A DNA stretch of 64,000 bases from assembly GCF_963921235.1 (NCBI RefSeq), contig NC_086108.1, forward strand, positions 99,264,001-99,328,000, given 5' to 3'. Shown one piece after another: positions 36,655 through 48,370 of the stretch. Each line of letters starts with the position of its first letter. Position 1 is the first letter of the stretch. This DNA is from Mobula hypostoma. Taxonomy: Eukaryota. The notes beneath the pieces are model-generated. The model was not told the origin of the DNA. It saw only the letters and a program-made list of their open reading frames with translations, and ran no database searches. The position numbers and the translations under genes are program-made.

Positions 36655-37735
36655 TAGTGGAATTCTCCAACTTCCGGTAATTCCCTCCCCCTCCCTTCCC
36701 CCATCCCAGTTTCACTCTCTGCCCCCTCCTCCAGCTGCCTATCACCTCCCTCATGGTTCTGCTTCCTTCTACTACCCATTGTGCTTTCCCCTATTCCTTC
36801 TTCACCTTTCCTACCTATCCCCTCCCTGCTTCCTCTCCCCCACCCCTTCATCTTTCCCCTTACTGGTGTAAGGGGGTTTCGACTTTTATGTTACTGCGGA
36901 GGCTAATTAAAATGGCGTCTTTGTTATGTTAATCTGGGGAATGCGGCTTTGTTGTGTTAAACGCTGAGAAAGTTTGCGCTAGCAGCTTGTTGTGGTTTAG
37001 AAGGTGATAAGAAATACGTTATTAACCAATTGGGATAGTTGTTATGGTTTTGGTGTATTTGAAGATACTGTATGCGCGGGGTTTTGGGGGAGAAGGCGGG
37101 AGAGCGAGACAGAGGATGGACGAGGTGCTGTGAGTCCGCTAATGGGGTCGGACCCCGAGCGGGACGTTCGGCGAGGAGACGGAGACGGACTCGTGTAGAG
37201 TGTCTGGTCGACCACCGTTGTTGGTCCCAGGCGGCCGGTCGAGGTGGTCCGAGGGGGTCGCAGGGTGAAGAAGAAGGTCTTGAGCTCCAACGGTTTTTGT
37301 GCACAAAGAGGTTGAACTTTGATAAGTGTGGCACCTTTTATTTTCCTTTTATATTTTATTCTCTTTTAATTATATAGTTCCAGTAATATCTATAAACTGT
37401 AAATAATTTAATTGCATCTGGTGAATTGTCTGTTATTTGGGCGGGGTGGGGTACCTCACACAGCATCCACACAAACGAATTATCCAGTTTGGCGGGGCCG
37501 AGGCTGTTTCCCTAGACAACAGCGAGCCGAGCGACCCTGAGGGTGGCCAGGGGGACTACACTGGCTTTTCACCTGGAACCTACCAGCCTTCTCCTTCCCA
37601 CCCTCCCCCCACCTTCTTTATAGGGCCCCTGCCCCCTCCCCCTTCAGTCCTGACGAAGGGTCTCGGCCCAAAACATTGACCGTTCGTTTCCGTGGATGCT
37701 GCCCGACCTGCTGTGTTCCTCAGCGTGTTGTGCGT
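36655..37735 (+). mobile_element. Penelope-like 3' UTR/terminus split by a solo LTR
   Basis: Pyrimidine-rich UTR resumes after 37560; degenerate hammerhead cagtcctgacgaagggtctcggcccaaaac from 37645. Confidence 0.8.
36867..37560 (+). mobile_element. Solo LTR
   Basis: TGTA...TACA termini; 4-bp TSD CTGG at 36863-36866 and 37561-37564; CpG-rich; strand uncertain. Confidence 0.88.
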
Positions 37736-38195
37736 GGAGCATTCTGACTGGTTGCATCACTATCTGGTACGGGGAGGGGCCACTGCACAGGATCGGAAAA
37801 AGCTGCAGGGGGTTGTAAACGCAGCCAGCTCCATGATGGGCACTAGCCTCCCCAGCATCGAGGACATCTTCAAAAGTAAATGCCTCAAAAATGTGGCATC
37901 CAACGTTACGACCCCAGCCATCCAGGATATGCTCTCTTCTCATTGCTATCATCAGGGAGCAGGTACAGGAGCCTGAAGATACATAGTTAATGTTTTAGAA
38001 ACAGCTTCTTCCCCACCACCATCAGATTTCTGAATGGACAGTAAGACTATGAACACGACCTCATTATTTATGAATACTTATTTTTTTATATATATTTATT
38101 TCTTACGATAATTCATAGTATATTTTATGTCTGCTGCTGTAAAACAACAAGATTTACGACATATGCCGGTCTGATATGCCACAAATCTGATTCTC
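37735..38195 (+). mobile_element. Rex1/Babar LINE 3' end
   Basis: QDRKKLQGVVNAASSMMGTSLPSIEDIF..KCL. Confidence 0.85.
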
Positions 38196-38259
38196 ATTCA
38201 AAAATGAAATAAGAGCTATGATTACGAACTGAAAACAAAATAGATCACACAAGATTGAT

Positions 38260-39380
38260 AAGGTACCCCATGCAAGGTTTACTGAGAAAATAAGGAGGCA
38301 TGGGATCCAAGGGGACATTGTATTGTGGATCCAGAACTGGCTTGCCCACAGAAGGCAAAGAGTGGTTGATGAGAGGCATTGATCGTGTGGATAGTCAGAG
38401 GCTTTTTCCCAGGGCTGAATTGGCTAGTATGAGAGGGCACAGTTTTAAGATTCTTGGAAGAAGGTACAGAGGAAATGTTGGGGTAAGTTTTTTACATAGA
38501 GAGTGGTGAGTGCGTGGAATGGGCTGCCGGCGACGGTGGTGGAGGCAGATACGATAGGGTCTTTTAAGAGACTCCTGGATAGGTACATGGAGCTCAGAAA
38601 AATAGAGGGCTATGGGTAACCTTAGGTAATTTTTAAGGTAAGGACATGTTCGGCACAGCATTGTGGGCTGAAGAGCCTGTATTGTGCTGTAGGTCTTCTA
38701 TATTTCTATGTTTCTAAGATTACAGGTAAAGAAGGCAAATGCAATGTTGGCATTTTCTTCAAGGGGAATAGAATATAAAAGCAAGTTTTTGATGCTGAGG
38801 CTTTATAAGACACTCGTCACTTGGAATATTGTCAACAGTTTTGTGCCCTATATCTCAGGAGGGATGTGTTGCCCTTGGAGAGAGTCCAGAGGAGGTTTAC
38901 AAGGATGATTCTGGGAATGAAGGGGTTAACATATGAGGAGCGTTTGGCAGAATTGGGCCTGTACTGACTGGAACTTAGAAGAATACAGGGGGATCTCATT
39001 GAAACCTACTGAATGTTGAAAGGACTAGATGAGATGGATGTGGAGAGGATGTTTCCTATGGCTGGGGTATCCAGAGCTAGAGAGCAGAACCTCAAAATTG
39101 AGGGGCAGCCTTTCAGAACAGAGGTAAGGAGGAATCTTTTGAAACCAGAGAGTAATGAATCTGTGGAATGCTCTGCCACAGGCTGCGGTGGAGGCCAAAT
39201 CTGTGCGTATATTTAAGGTGGAAGTTAATAATTTCCTGATCAGTCAGGGCATCAAAAAAGATGGCAAGAAAGCAGGTGCATGAGTTGAGTGGGATCGGGA
39301 TTAGTCATGATGGAATGGTGGAGCAGACTCAATGGGCTGAATGGCCTAATTCTGCTCCCATGTCTTATGGTCTTATGGTC
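38260..39380 (+). mobile_element. Two adjacent CR1 3' fragments (38260-38718, 38720-39380)
   Basis: MRGIDRVDSQRLFPRAE with tctatgtttcta tail, then ANAMLAFSSRGIEYKS...MLKGLD with tatggtct tail. Confidence 0.88.
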
Positions 39381-40418
39381 TAAGGAACTCGGTGAAAATA
39401 ACACCTTGAAAATAACACCACTTGCCTGCTCACTTTCAGATGATTCTGACAATAAATGTACCATCAGCTTATCAACTTTACCTGTCTTGTGGCATCCAAA
39501 TATATATCCTATATATGCTGCAGTGCCATTAGACGACACCAATAAAGGAAGATGCATTTCTATAGTGCGGTTCTGAGTGTCACTAAATGCCTTATGACTA
39601 ATGCCTTTATTACATGTTCATGACAATAAAAAATAATGGTAACCAACTCACACTGCTATCGGGGAGAGAGAGGAAGTGAAAAAAGAGATTTTGAAAATAA
39701 GCAAGCCAGTTGTGGTTGTTTTATACTCAAAAATAGTTGAAACTAGAAAAGTAACAAGGCGTTCCGTAATAACAAACAGCTGATAAAATAGTCAGGGTCA
39801 AATGGTATGACATCTGTTGCAGAGAAAAAATACGAAGAAGCTTTTAGAAAAATGCAGAATCAGCTATAACTCTATTATTGAAAATTCATTGAACAATAAC
39901 ATGCTTATAGGTGATTATATAAAAATACAAACCAGCATAAGATGACGAGAAAAAAAGGGAATGGTTAGATTGTAAACACGAGAAATTCATACTGTAAATC
40001 CAAAGCAACACAGACAAAATGATGGAGGAGCACTGCAGGTCAGGCAGCATCTGTGGAGAGGAATAAACAGTCGATGTTTACAGCTGAGACCCTCCATCAG
40101 GACTGGAAAGGAAGGGGGAAGATGCCAGAATAAAAAGGTTAGGTGGGTGGGAAGGAGGACAAGCAGGTATAACGACAGGAGTAAATATAAAATTGTGAAG
40201 ATGCTGGGAATCCAAAGCAGCAGACACAAAATGCTGGAGGGACTCAGAAGATCAGGCAACATCTGTGGAGAGGAATGTCAACATTTTGGGCTGAGGCCCT
40301 TCTTCAGGACACACATTAGATTGTTAGATCCGGTTAGTGGATCTCGGAGTAGATTAAAAGGTCAGCACAACGTCTTGGGCTGACTAGCCTGTACTGTGCT
40401 GTGCTGTTCTATGTTGTG

Positions 40419-41228
40419 TGTGGAAACCCTTTTTACTGGGTGTCTCTGGAAATGCGGCTCGTTAGCCCTTCATTAACAGCCACTAGACTTCCACGGAAAG
40501 AAACCCACCTTTCTCAGGCTTCGTACGTCCAGGGTGCATATGACTTTAGTCACGCCAAATCCAGGAGGTTGGGGTGTCTCGCCCAGTTTGTGTGAATGCT
40601 GTGTGATTTACTGCCCCTGCAATCGCCCGGCGGCAAGAAATAACAGATTGTACACTGCATACCATTATAAAGAAAGCATATTTACAAATGTTAACTTAAC
40701 CAAAGAGTTAGTAAAGAAAAGAAAGAAGAAAACCTAAAAAAGGCCCGTTATAATTAAACAGTCAAACGTGTGCATAATTTGGAGCTCACGTTGAAGTTAT
40801 TGGTAACTCACACGTTGGACCGTGGTCTGCGTGACAGCACACACCACCTTCCAAGTGTCACTCGAAATCCACCTTAAACAAATGACCTCTCCCGCAGGAG
40901 TATTGATCCTTTCTCCTTGAAACCATTCATCTGCACAATGCACCTTGTGCAATAGGGATAATATCCTTAGCCATTTTCCCTCCTGTCTTCTCCCAGCTCT
41001 CACCAAAAAAAGTCTTCGACCTGCACTAGTGTCCCTCACAAAACCTCTCCACCTAGCGTTCGCTCGAACCTTCTCCCTAGTCCACCATCCTGACTGGCTG
41101 ACACAACATTCCTAAGTTGAACAACAAAGCCCCTTATCTCAGCTCAAGCCCAAACAGACTGCTCTTACAGAACTGCTAAAATGAGATACCTACAGCATAG
41201 CAGTAAAGATCTTAACCAGGGCATTACG
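40419..41228 (-). mobile_element. Solo LTR (probable)
   Basis: Starts TGTGG, ends ATTACG (CA expected); TGTG at 40415-40418 and 41229-41232; splits a (tgttcta)-type CR1 tail. Confidence 0.6.
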
Positions 41229-41304
41229 TGTGTATGATGTTCTATGTTCTCAAGTTTCAGTTGCCTTCCAGAGGGACATCCAGCTAACTGTTAACGTGAA
41301 CAGT

Positions 41305-41760
41305 TTTTCTGTGTACAAGTGATGATTTCATCACTATGCTTGTCTAATCCGACTACCGCTCACAACAGCGAGATACGTCAGCTGGTTGAGTGTTATCGCA
41401 GCAAAAAACTTTGCGCTCAATGTTAGTAAAGCCAAGGAATTGACGGGGAAGTCAAGGGAACACACACCGCCCTCCTCGAGGGATCAGCAGTGCAAAGGAT
41501 GAACAGGTTCAAATTCTGGGGAGTCAATATCTCTGAAGATCTATACTGGGCCCAACATATTGATACAATTATGAAGGCATGTTGGCAGGTATATTTCCAT
41601 AGGAATTTGGAGGAGATTTAGTACGATCCAAACACTAGCAAATTTCTAAAGATGTACCTCAGAGAGTACTCTGACTTTTTGCATCACAGTGTGGTATGTC
41701 CAATGCATAGGATGGGAAAAAGCTGCAGACATGTGCCAGTAATATTAAACCAGACTCTGA
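41305..41760 (+). mobile_element. Rex1/Babar RT fragment
   Basis: LNVSKAKEL, FKF.GVNISEDL.W, ESTLTFCITVWY-like blocks. Confidence 0.75.
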
Positions 41761-41884
41761 ACACTCCACTATCCATCCATCTTCTGAACTTCTGATCCGA
41801 GCAGCTGGCCCAGTGAATCCCTACTCCTGGACAGTCTCCTCACCTCCAACTCTTCCTGCTTCCTGCCACTGCATCAGTTCAGTA

Positions 41885-42512
41885 CAGTTTTCGTTTATTG
41901 TCATTTAGAAATGCATGCATTAAAAAATGATACAACGATCCTCCAGAATGATATCACAAGAAAAGCACAGGACAAACCAAGACTAAAACTGACAAACCAC
42001 ATAATTATAACATATAGTTACAACAGTGCAAAACAATACCATAATTAGATAAAGAGCAGACCATGGGCATGGGAAAAAAAAGTCTCGAAGTCCTGATAGT
42101 CTCATCATCCCACGCAGGTGGCAGAAGGGAGGAACTCTCCCCACCATGAACCTCCAAGTGCCGCCAGCTCGCCGATGCAGCAACATTGGAAGCACCCGAC
42201 CGCAGCGGACTCTGAGTCCGTTGGAAAACATCGAGCCTCCAACCAGCCCCTCCAACACAGCCTCTCTGAGCACCATCCTCTGCCGAGCGCTTCGACCCCG
42301 TCCCGGCCGCCGAGCAACAAGCAAAGCCGAGGACTCGGGGCCTTCTCCTCCGGAGATTCTGGACCACACAGTAGCAGCAGCAGCGAAGCAGGCATTTCAG
42401 AAGTTTCACCAGATGTTCCTCCGTGCTCTCAAGTCCGTCTCCATCAAATCAGGATTGTGCACGGCACCCTACTTGACAGATAACAGACATCACCACTGGA
42501 GTGGCCGCTGCG
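41885..42512 (-). mobile_element. Non-autonomous LINE-derived (Rex1-like) element, copy 2
   Basis: Colinear with 19071-19770. Confidence 0.7.
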
Positions 42513-42661
42513 TAACATCAGCACTGGTATCCCTGATTCTCATTTGACCACCCTCTTTGGAGAATGCTGCTCTTCCCATTTTCTCCCTATTCTACAGGCC
42601 TTTACTCCCTCCACACCCTCAGACATTGGCTCGAGCAAGGTCTCAAAATGTGCAGATGATA

Positions 42662-43203
42662 TAGAAACATAGAAAAAACATAGAAAATAGGTGCAGGAGT
42701 AGGCCATTTGGCCCTTCGAGCCTGCACTGCCATTCAGTACAATCATGGCTGATCATCCAACTCAGAACCCTGTACCAGCCTTCCCTCCATACCCCCTGAT
42801 CCCTTTAGCCACAAGGGCCATATCTAATTCCCTCTTAAATACAGCCAATGAACTGGCCTCAACTGTTTCCTGTGGCAGAGAATTCCACAGATTCACCACG
42901 CTGTGTGAAGAAGTTTTTCCTCATCTCGGTCCTAAAAGGCTTCCCCTTTATCCTCAAACTGTGACCCCTTGTTCTGGACTTCCCCAACATCGGGAACAAT
43001 CTTCCTGCATCTAGCCTGTCCAATCCCTTTAGGAATTTGTACGTCTCAATAAGATCCCCCCTTAATCTTCTAAATTCCAGTGAGTATAAGCCAAGTTGAT
43101 CCAGTCTTTCATCATATGAAAGTCCTGCTATCCCAGGAATCAATCTGGTGAACCTTCTTTGTACTCCCTCTATGGCAAGGATGTCTTTCCTCAGATTAGG
43201 GGA
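42662..43203 (-). mobile_element. Young CR1 3' end
   Basis: [24 protein letters not shown]...EFRRLRGDLIETYK; very similar to 49752-50290. Confidence 0.92.
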
Positions 43204-44129
43204 TATGACACTAGGACGCGTGGTGTTGTGTGAGGAAGTGGTAAAGGTAAGGTTAATGATTGAAGATGAAAGATTTGCTTTATTTGTCACATGTACATCA
43301 AAACAGTGAAACCTACAGTGAAATATGTTGTGTGCATCAATGATCAACAGAGTGTCACTATGCTTGAGGTGCCAACATAACACGCCCAGAACATGCAACC
43401 CACAACCCTAAGCCCTACCCCTTTTGGAATAAGGAAGGAAATGAGGAAGCTCATGTGGTCACGGGGAAAATGCACAAACTCTGTACAGATAGTATCTGGG
43501 ATTTATCAGGAGAAGTAAAGCTTACAAGTGCAAGGAAGCCATGATGAACAGACCTTTCCTTTCCAATCTCGGCCCAAAATGTCGGCGGTTTATTCCTCTC
43601 TGTAGATGCTGCCTGACCTCTTGAATTCCTTCAGCATTTTGTTTGCGTTGCCAAGACTTCCAGATCTGGCCATAAGAGGAGTGCTCTGTCCAGCTCTGGG
43701 CAGCACCCTTTAGGAAAGGTGATTCAAAGCCAAAGCCTGCAGATTAGAGATGGAGGCCCAGAGGCCTGCCCTGGGATTGGAGGGCTATTTATCTGTATGT
43801 GGATGGGTGGGAGGGAGGGATGGCGGTTGTTTTGCTGTTGTCTCGTTGTTGTTGTGTTTTGTTTTAGGTGTCCCATGTTGATCTGCATTGTGAACGTGCT
43901 ATTTTGGCACCAGAATTATGTAGTGACATTTGTGGGCTACCCCAAGCACATCTTCGGACAGTGTTGGTTGTTAACACAAATGATGCATTTCACTGCATAT
44001 TTTGATGTACATGTATTAAAGAAATGAATCTCAAATCTGAATCTAAGAATATATTAGTGAGAAGGACTTCAGTGGTGAGAGGTTATAGTGGGCTGAACAT
44101 CTTTGGTCATGATGTACTGGGTCGGAGGT

Positions 44130-44620
44130 AGTGAATTCGGCCTTCTACATCACGGGTAAAGCCCTCCCAACTTTTGAGCACATCTACATGAAATGTTGCA
44201 GTAGAAAAGCAGCATCCATCATCAAAAATTATCATCACCCATGCCATGCTCTTTTCTCACTTCTGCAATGTGATAGAGGGTACAAATGCCTCAGGACCCA
44301 CACCACCAGGTCCAAGAACAGTTACGACCCCTCAACCATCTGGCTCTTGAACAAAAGAGGATAACTACTAATAGCTCATTCTATTTCTGATGTTCCCACA
44401 ACCAATGGTCTCACTTTAAGGATTCTTTATCTTATTATTTTATTCTCTTTAATTTCATGCTCATTATTTATCGCTATTTATTTATATTTACATTTGCACA
44501 GTTTGTTGTTCATTGATCCTGTTTACAGTTACTATTCTATAGATTTGCTGAGTATGCCCGCAGGAAAAAGAATCTCAGGGTGACATGTATGTACCCTGAT
44601 AATAAATTTTACTTTGACTT
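44130..44620 (+). mobile_element. Rex1/Babar LINE 3' end
   Basis: ITGKALPTFEHIY..CC.RKAASIIK..HHPCHALFSLL; aataaattttactttga tail. Confidence 0.85.
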
Positions 44621-45069
44621 TATAGCTAGATGGATTGAGGCAGAGAAGTTGGGATATGTTCTCCTTGGAACAGAGGAGATTTTGAGGGATCTAACGTTTG
44701 AAATTATCCTTATTATTGGTTTGTTATTATTAGTTTGTTATTGTCATGTACTGAGGTACAGTAAAAACCTTAGTTTTGTCTGTCATCTACACAGACCATT
44801 TAATCACATTAGTACAATGAGGGAGTACAAGGGAAAACAATAACAGAGGCAGATTAAAGTCACAGTTACAGAGAAAAATGCACCATAGGCAGACAATAAT
44901 TTGCAAAATCATAATGAGGTAGATTGTGAGGTCAAGAGTCCATCCTTATCAGATCAGAATCAGAATCAGGTTTAATATCATCGGCGTATGTTGTGAAATT
45001 TGTTATTTTTGCAGTAGCAGTACAATACAATGCATAATAATAAAAAAACAGTGATTTGCAGGAAGTATT

Positions 45070-45380
45070 AAAGGCATCCATTAGTCTTGTGAGACCATGG
45101 ATCTGCGCCTGGGAAGTCTTCACTCTCCAGGGCGCAGGCCTGGGCAAGGTTGTATGGAAGACCAGCAGTTGCCCATGTTGCAAGTCTCCCTTCTCCATGA
45201 CACCGATGTTGTCCAAGGGAAGGGCATTAGGACCCATACAGCTTGGAACCAGTGTCGTCGCAGAGCAATGTGTGATTAAGTGCCTTGCTCAAGGACACAA
45301 CACGTTGCCTCGGTTGGGGCTCGAACTCACGACCTTCAGGTAGCTAGTCCAATGCCTTAACCACTTGGCCACGTGCCCAC
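45070..45380 (-). mobile_element. tRNA-derived CORE-type SINE
   Basis: Near reverse complement of 54604-54910. Confidence 0.8.
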
Positions 45381-46029
45381 TGCAAGAACTATATGTATAT
45401 ATATAAAAGAGTTAAATTAAATAAGTGGTGCAAAAAGTAATGAGGTAGTGTTCATGGGTTCAATGTCCATTCAGCAGAGGGGAGAAAGCTGTTCCTCAAT
45501 TGTTGAGTATTAGGAGACCATTCAATAGTCTTACAAGAAAAGACTGAAGATGTCCTTGAGCATGAAAGGTGTAGATAGATTAGATGGAGAGAAACTGTTC
45601 CTAATGGCAGAAGGTCAAGAAACTGGGTAATCATGATCTCCCCCCAACTCCCACCCGATCTTCCCTCTTCCCCACTCACCAAAAAAGAGCCGGTGTCCCC
45701 AACTCTGTCTCCCGCTGGACTGAGATCCTGGTGAGCAGGAGCTGATGCCCTGACTGCAGACTCAGAAGAGGAAGAAAGGACAAATACATTTCTAGACTGA
45801 GCCACGGGCAAAGCCAATGCATTCTATCATCCCTCTCCTTTTAGAGCAGCCTTTTATCTGATGGTTATGTCGGAAAAGGAGGAATAGATTTAAAAAGCTC
45901 TTATGATTAAAAACCTGTCACGTTGTCACAGTGGAGAATGTTAAGTGCCGCAGTATAGAGCATTTGCTGTCTTGGACACTTGGTGTCAAAATTCTTCTCC
46001 GAGGATCATCATCATGTTATGGCGAAGAG

Positions 46030-46458
46030 GCTTGTAAGAGTGGTGACCTTAAGGCTTTAGCTCTTTGAGGCTTCAATCAGAGAAAGCAAAGGAAAGAAAG
46101 GCTCAAGTATTTTTCCTTCTCTTCTTTAAATCTGCTCAGCTAGGATGGTAGAGTTGCCAGGTCGGATAGTGAAATGCTCCTCTTGCAGGATGTTGGAAGA
46201 CGGTGTGACCTCCAGTTTCCCTGAGGACTACAACTGTGAGAAGTGCATCCAGCAGCAGCTTCTAACAAACCACGTTAAAGAGTTGGAGCTGGAACTGGCT
46301 GAACTCCAGATCGTTCTGGAGACTGAAGGGATGATAGATTGGATATATGGAGAGGGAGTTACACCAAAGGTGCAGGACACAGGAAACTGGGTGACAGTCA
46401 AAAAAAGGAAAGGGGAAAACAGATTGCAGAGTACCCCTGTGGCTATCCCCCTCAACAA
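46030..46458 (+). mobile_element. CR1 5' region with ORF1p N-terminus
   Basis: CSSC...CEKC zinc finger, VKELELELAEL coiled coil, WVTV and PVAIPLN motifs. Confidence 0.85.
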
Positions 46459-47420
46459 AGGGTTCCTCTATTCCTCAACTACCACCCCACCAGCCTCTGC
46501 GTCCAGCACATAATTCTCCACAAGTTCTGCCATCTCCAACGTATCCCACCATCAAGCACATCTTTCCCTCCCCCACACTTTCTGCTTTTCCTCGTCCATT
46601 CATCCCTACCCACTGATCTCCCTCCTGGCATTTATCCTTGTAAGCGGAACAAGTGCTACACATGCCTCTACAACTCCTCCCTCACTACCATTCAGGACCC
46701 CAAACTGTCCTTCCAGGTGAGGCAACATTTCACCTGTGAGTATGTTCGGGTCATATACTGCGTCCAGTGCCTCCTTTATATCGGTGGGACCAGACTTAGG
46801 TTGGGAGACTACTTTGCCGAGCACCTACGTTCCATCCACCAGAAAAAGTGGGATCTCCCAGCGAGTACCCATTTTAATTCCACTTCCGATTCCCATTCTA
46901 TGGCCTCCTCTACTGTCGCGATGAGGCTACACTCAGATTGGGGGAACAACACCTTATATTCCATTTGTATAGCCTCCAACCTGATGGCATGGACATTGAT
47001 TTTTCAAAGTTCTGGTAATGCTCCCCTCTTCACCATTCCCCATCCCCTTTTCCCTCTCTCACCTTATCTCCTTGCCAACCATCACCTCCGTCTGGTGCTC
47101 CTACCCTGTGTTCTTTCTTTGATGGCCTTCTGACCTCTCCTATCAGACTCCCCTTTCTCCAGCCCTGTATCTCTTTCACCGATCAACTTCCCAGCTCTTT
47201 ACTTCACCCTTCCCCCTCCCGGTTTCACCTATCCCCTTGTGTTCCTCCCTCCCCTACCCCCACCTTTTAAATCTACTCATCTTTTTTCTCCAGTCTTGCT
47301 GAAGGGTCTGGGCCCGAAACGTCGACTGTACTCTTTTCCATAGATGTTGCCTGACCTGCTGATTTCCTCCAGCATTTGGAGTGTCGCTTGGATTTCCAGC
47401 ATCTGAGGATTTTCTCTTGT
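46459..47420 (+). mobile_element. Penelope-like element 3' part (linker, GIY-YIG, UTR, degenerate hammerhead)
   Basis: RVPLFLNYHP...PCKRNKCYTC...FTCEYVRVIYCVQCLLYIGGT..RLGDYFAEHLRSI; hammerhead-like 47291-47328. Confidence 0.9.
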
Positions 47421-47512
47421 TTGTCACAAAAATGATTCCTGCATTGAATGGCTTGTCATATGAAGAGCACGGTCCGTATGCACTAGAATTCAGAAGAATG
47501 AGGGAGGGCTTA

Positions 47513-47990
47513 ATGGGGGCCATGCGTGGTCGAGTGGTCGGCGACTTGGGCCGGCTCCCCCACCGGACTTAGTCTGGTGAGGAGGGTGTGAGGACACCCA
47601 GCAGGACTGAAAAACAAAACCTGACAAAGGGCAGATGAGCTCCTTGGGAGCCAACGGCCATCTTCCGTGGAAGAGGTTAAAGCCTCACCACGTATCTACG
47701 AATCGTCTGCTATGTATTTAGTTAGAAGAGACATGATGAACTTGGGTGCTGCACCGTGTGCCTGGACCTGCCCAAGGCCTCCACCTAAGGAAGGACCGAG
47801 CTCGAAGAAGCAGCCACGGCTGGAGGCCGACACGGCCTCGGGCTCGAGTTTGGTGGGCGGTGCCAAGGCGGCCAGCGAGAACAAAACTGGAGGAGAGGCT
47901 GTACTCGGTGCTGTCGCAAGATCGAAGAAGATGGAGGTGCATAGCCACCAACCCCGGATTCGGGACGGCACCCACTGACTGACTGACTGA
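47513..47990 (+). mobile_element. GC-rich non-autonomous element, probably RTE-derived, nested in CR1
   Basis: SQDRRRWRCI resembles the RTE ORF end; (ACTG)n tail; CR1 sequence on both sides. Confidence 0.6.
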
Positions 47991-48370
47991 ATGGACAGTG
48001 AAAGGCCTTGATAGGGTGGATATGGAGAGGATGTTTCCTATTGTGGGAAAGTCTAAGACCAGAGGACACAGCCTCAGAATAGAGGAGCGTCTTCTAGAAT
48101 GGAGATGAGGAGGAGGTTCTTTAGCCAGATAATGGTATATCTGCGGAATTCTTTGCCAAAGGCAGCTGTGGAGGCCAAGTCTTGATGTATATTTAAGGCA
48201 GAGGTTGATAGATTCTTGACTGGTCAGGGCATGAAGGGATATGAGGAGGTGGAAAGAGACTGGGGCTGAGAAGAAAATTGGATCGTCCATGATAAAATGG
48301 TGGAGCAGACTCGATGGGCCAAATGGCCCTATTCTGCTCCTATATCTTATGGTCTTACGATCTTATGGTA
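47991..48370 (+). mobile_element. CR1 3' end
   Basis: VKGLDRVDMERMFPIVGKSKTRGHSLRI; tail. Confidence 0.88.

Noticed and set aside
39475..39565. Possible minus-strand micro-exon ending in AG/GTAAAG
   Set aside because: Acceptor ambiguous and weak; peptide unrecognised
46339..47133. Longest ORF (264 aa) as a host gene
   Set aside because: It is a frameshifted Penelope GIY-YIG remnant with chance N- and C-terminal extensions
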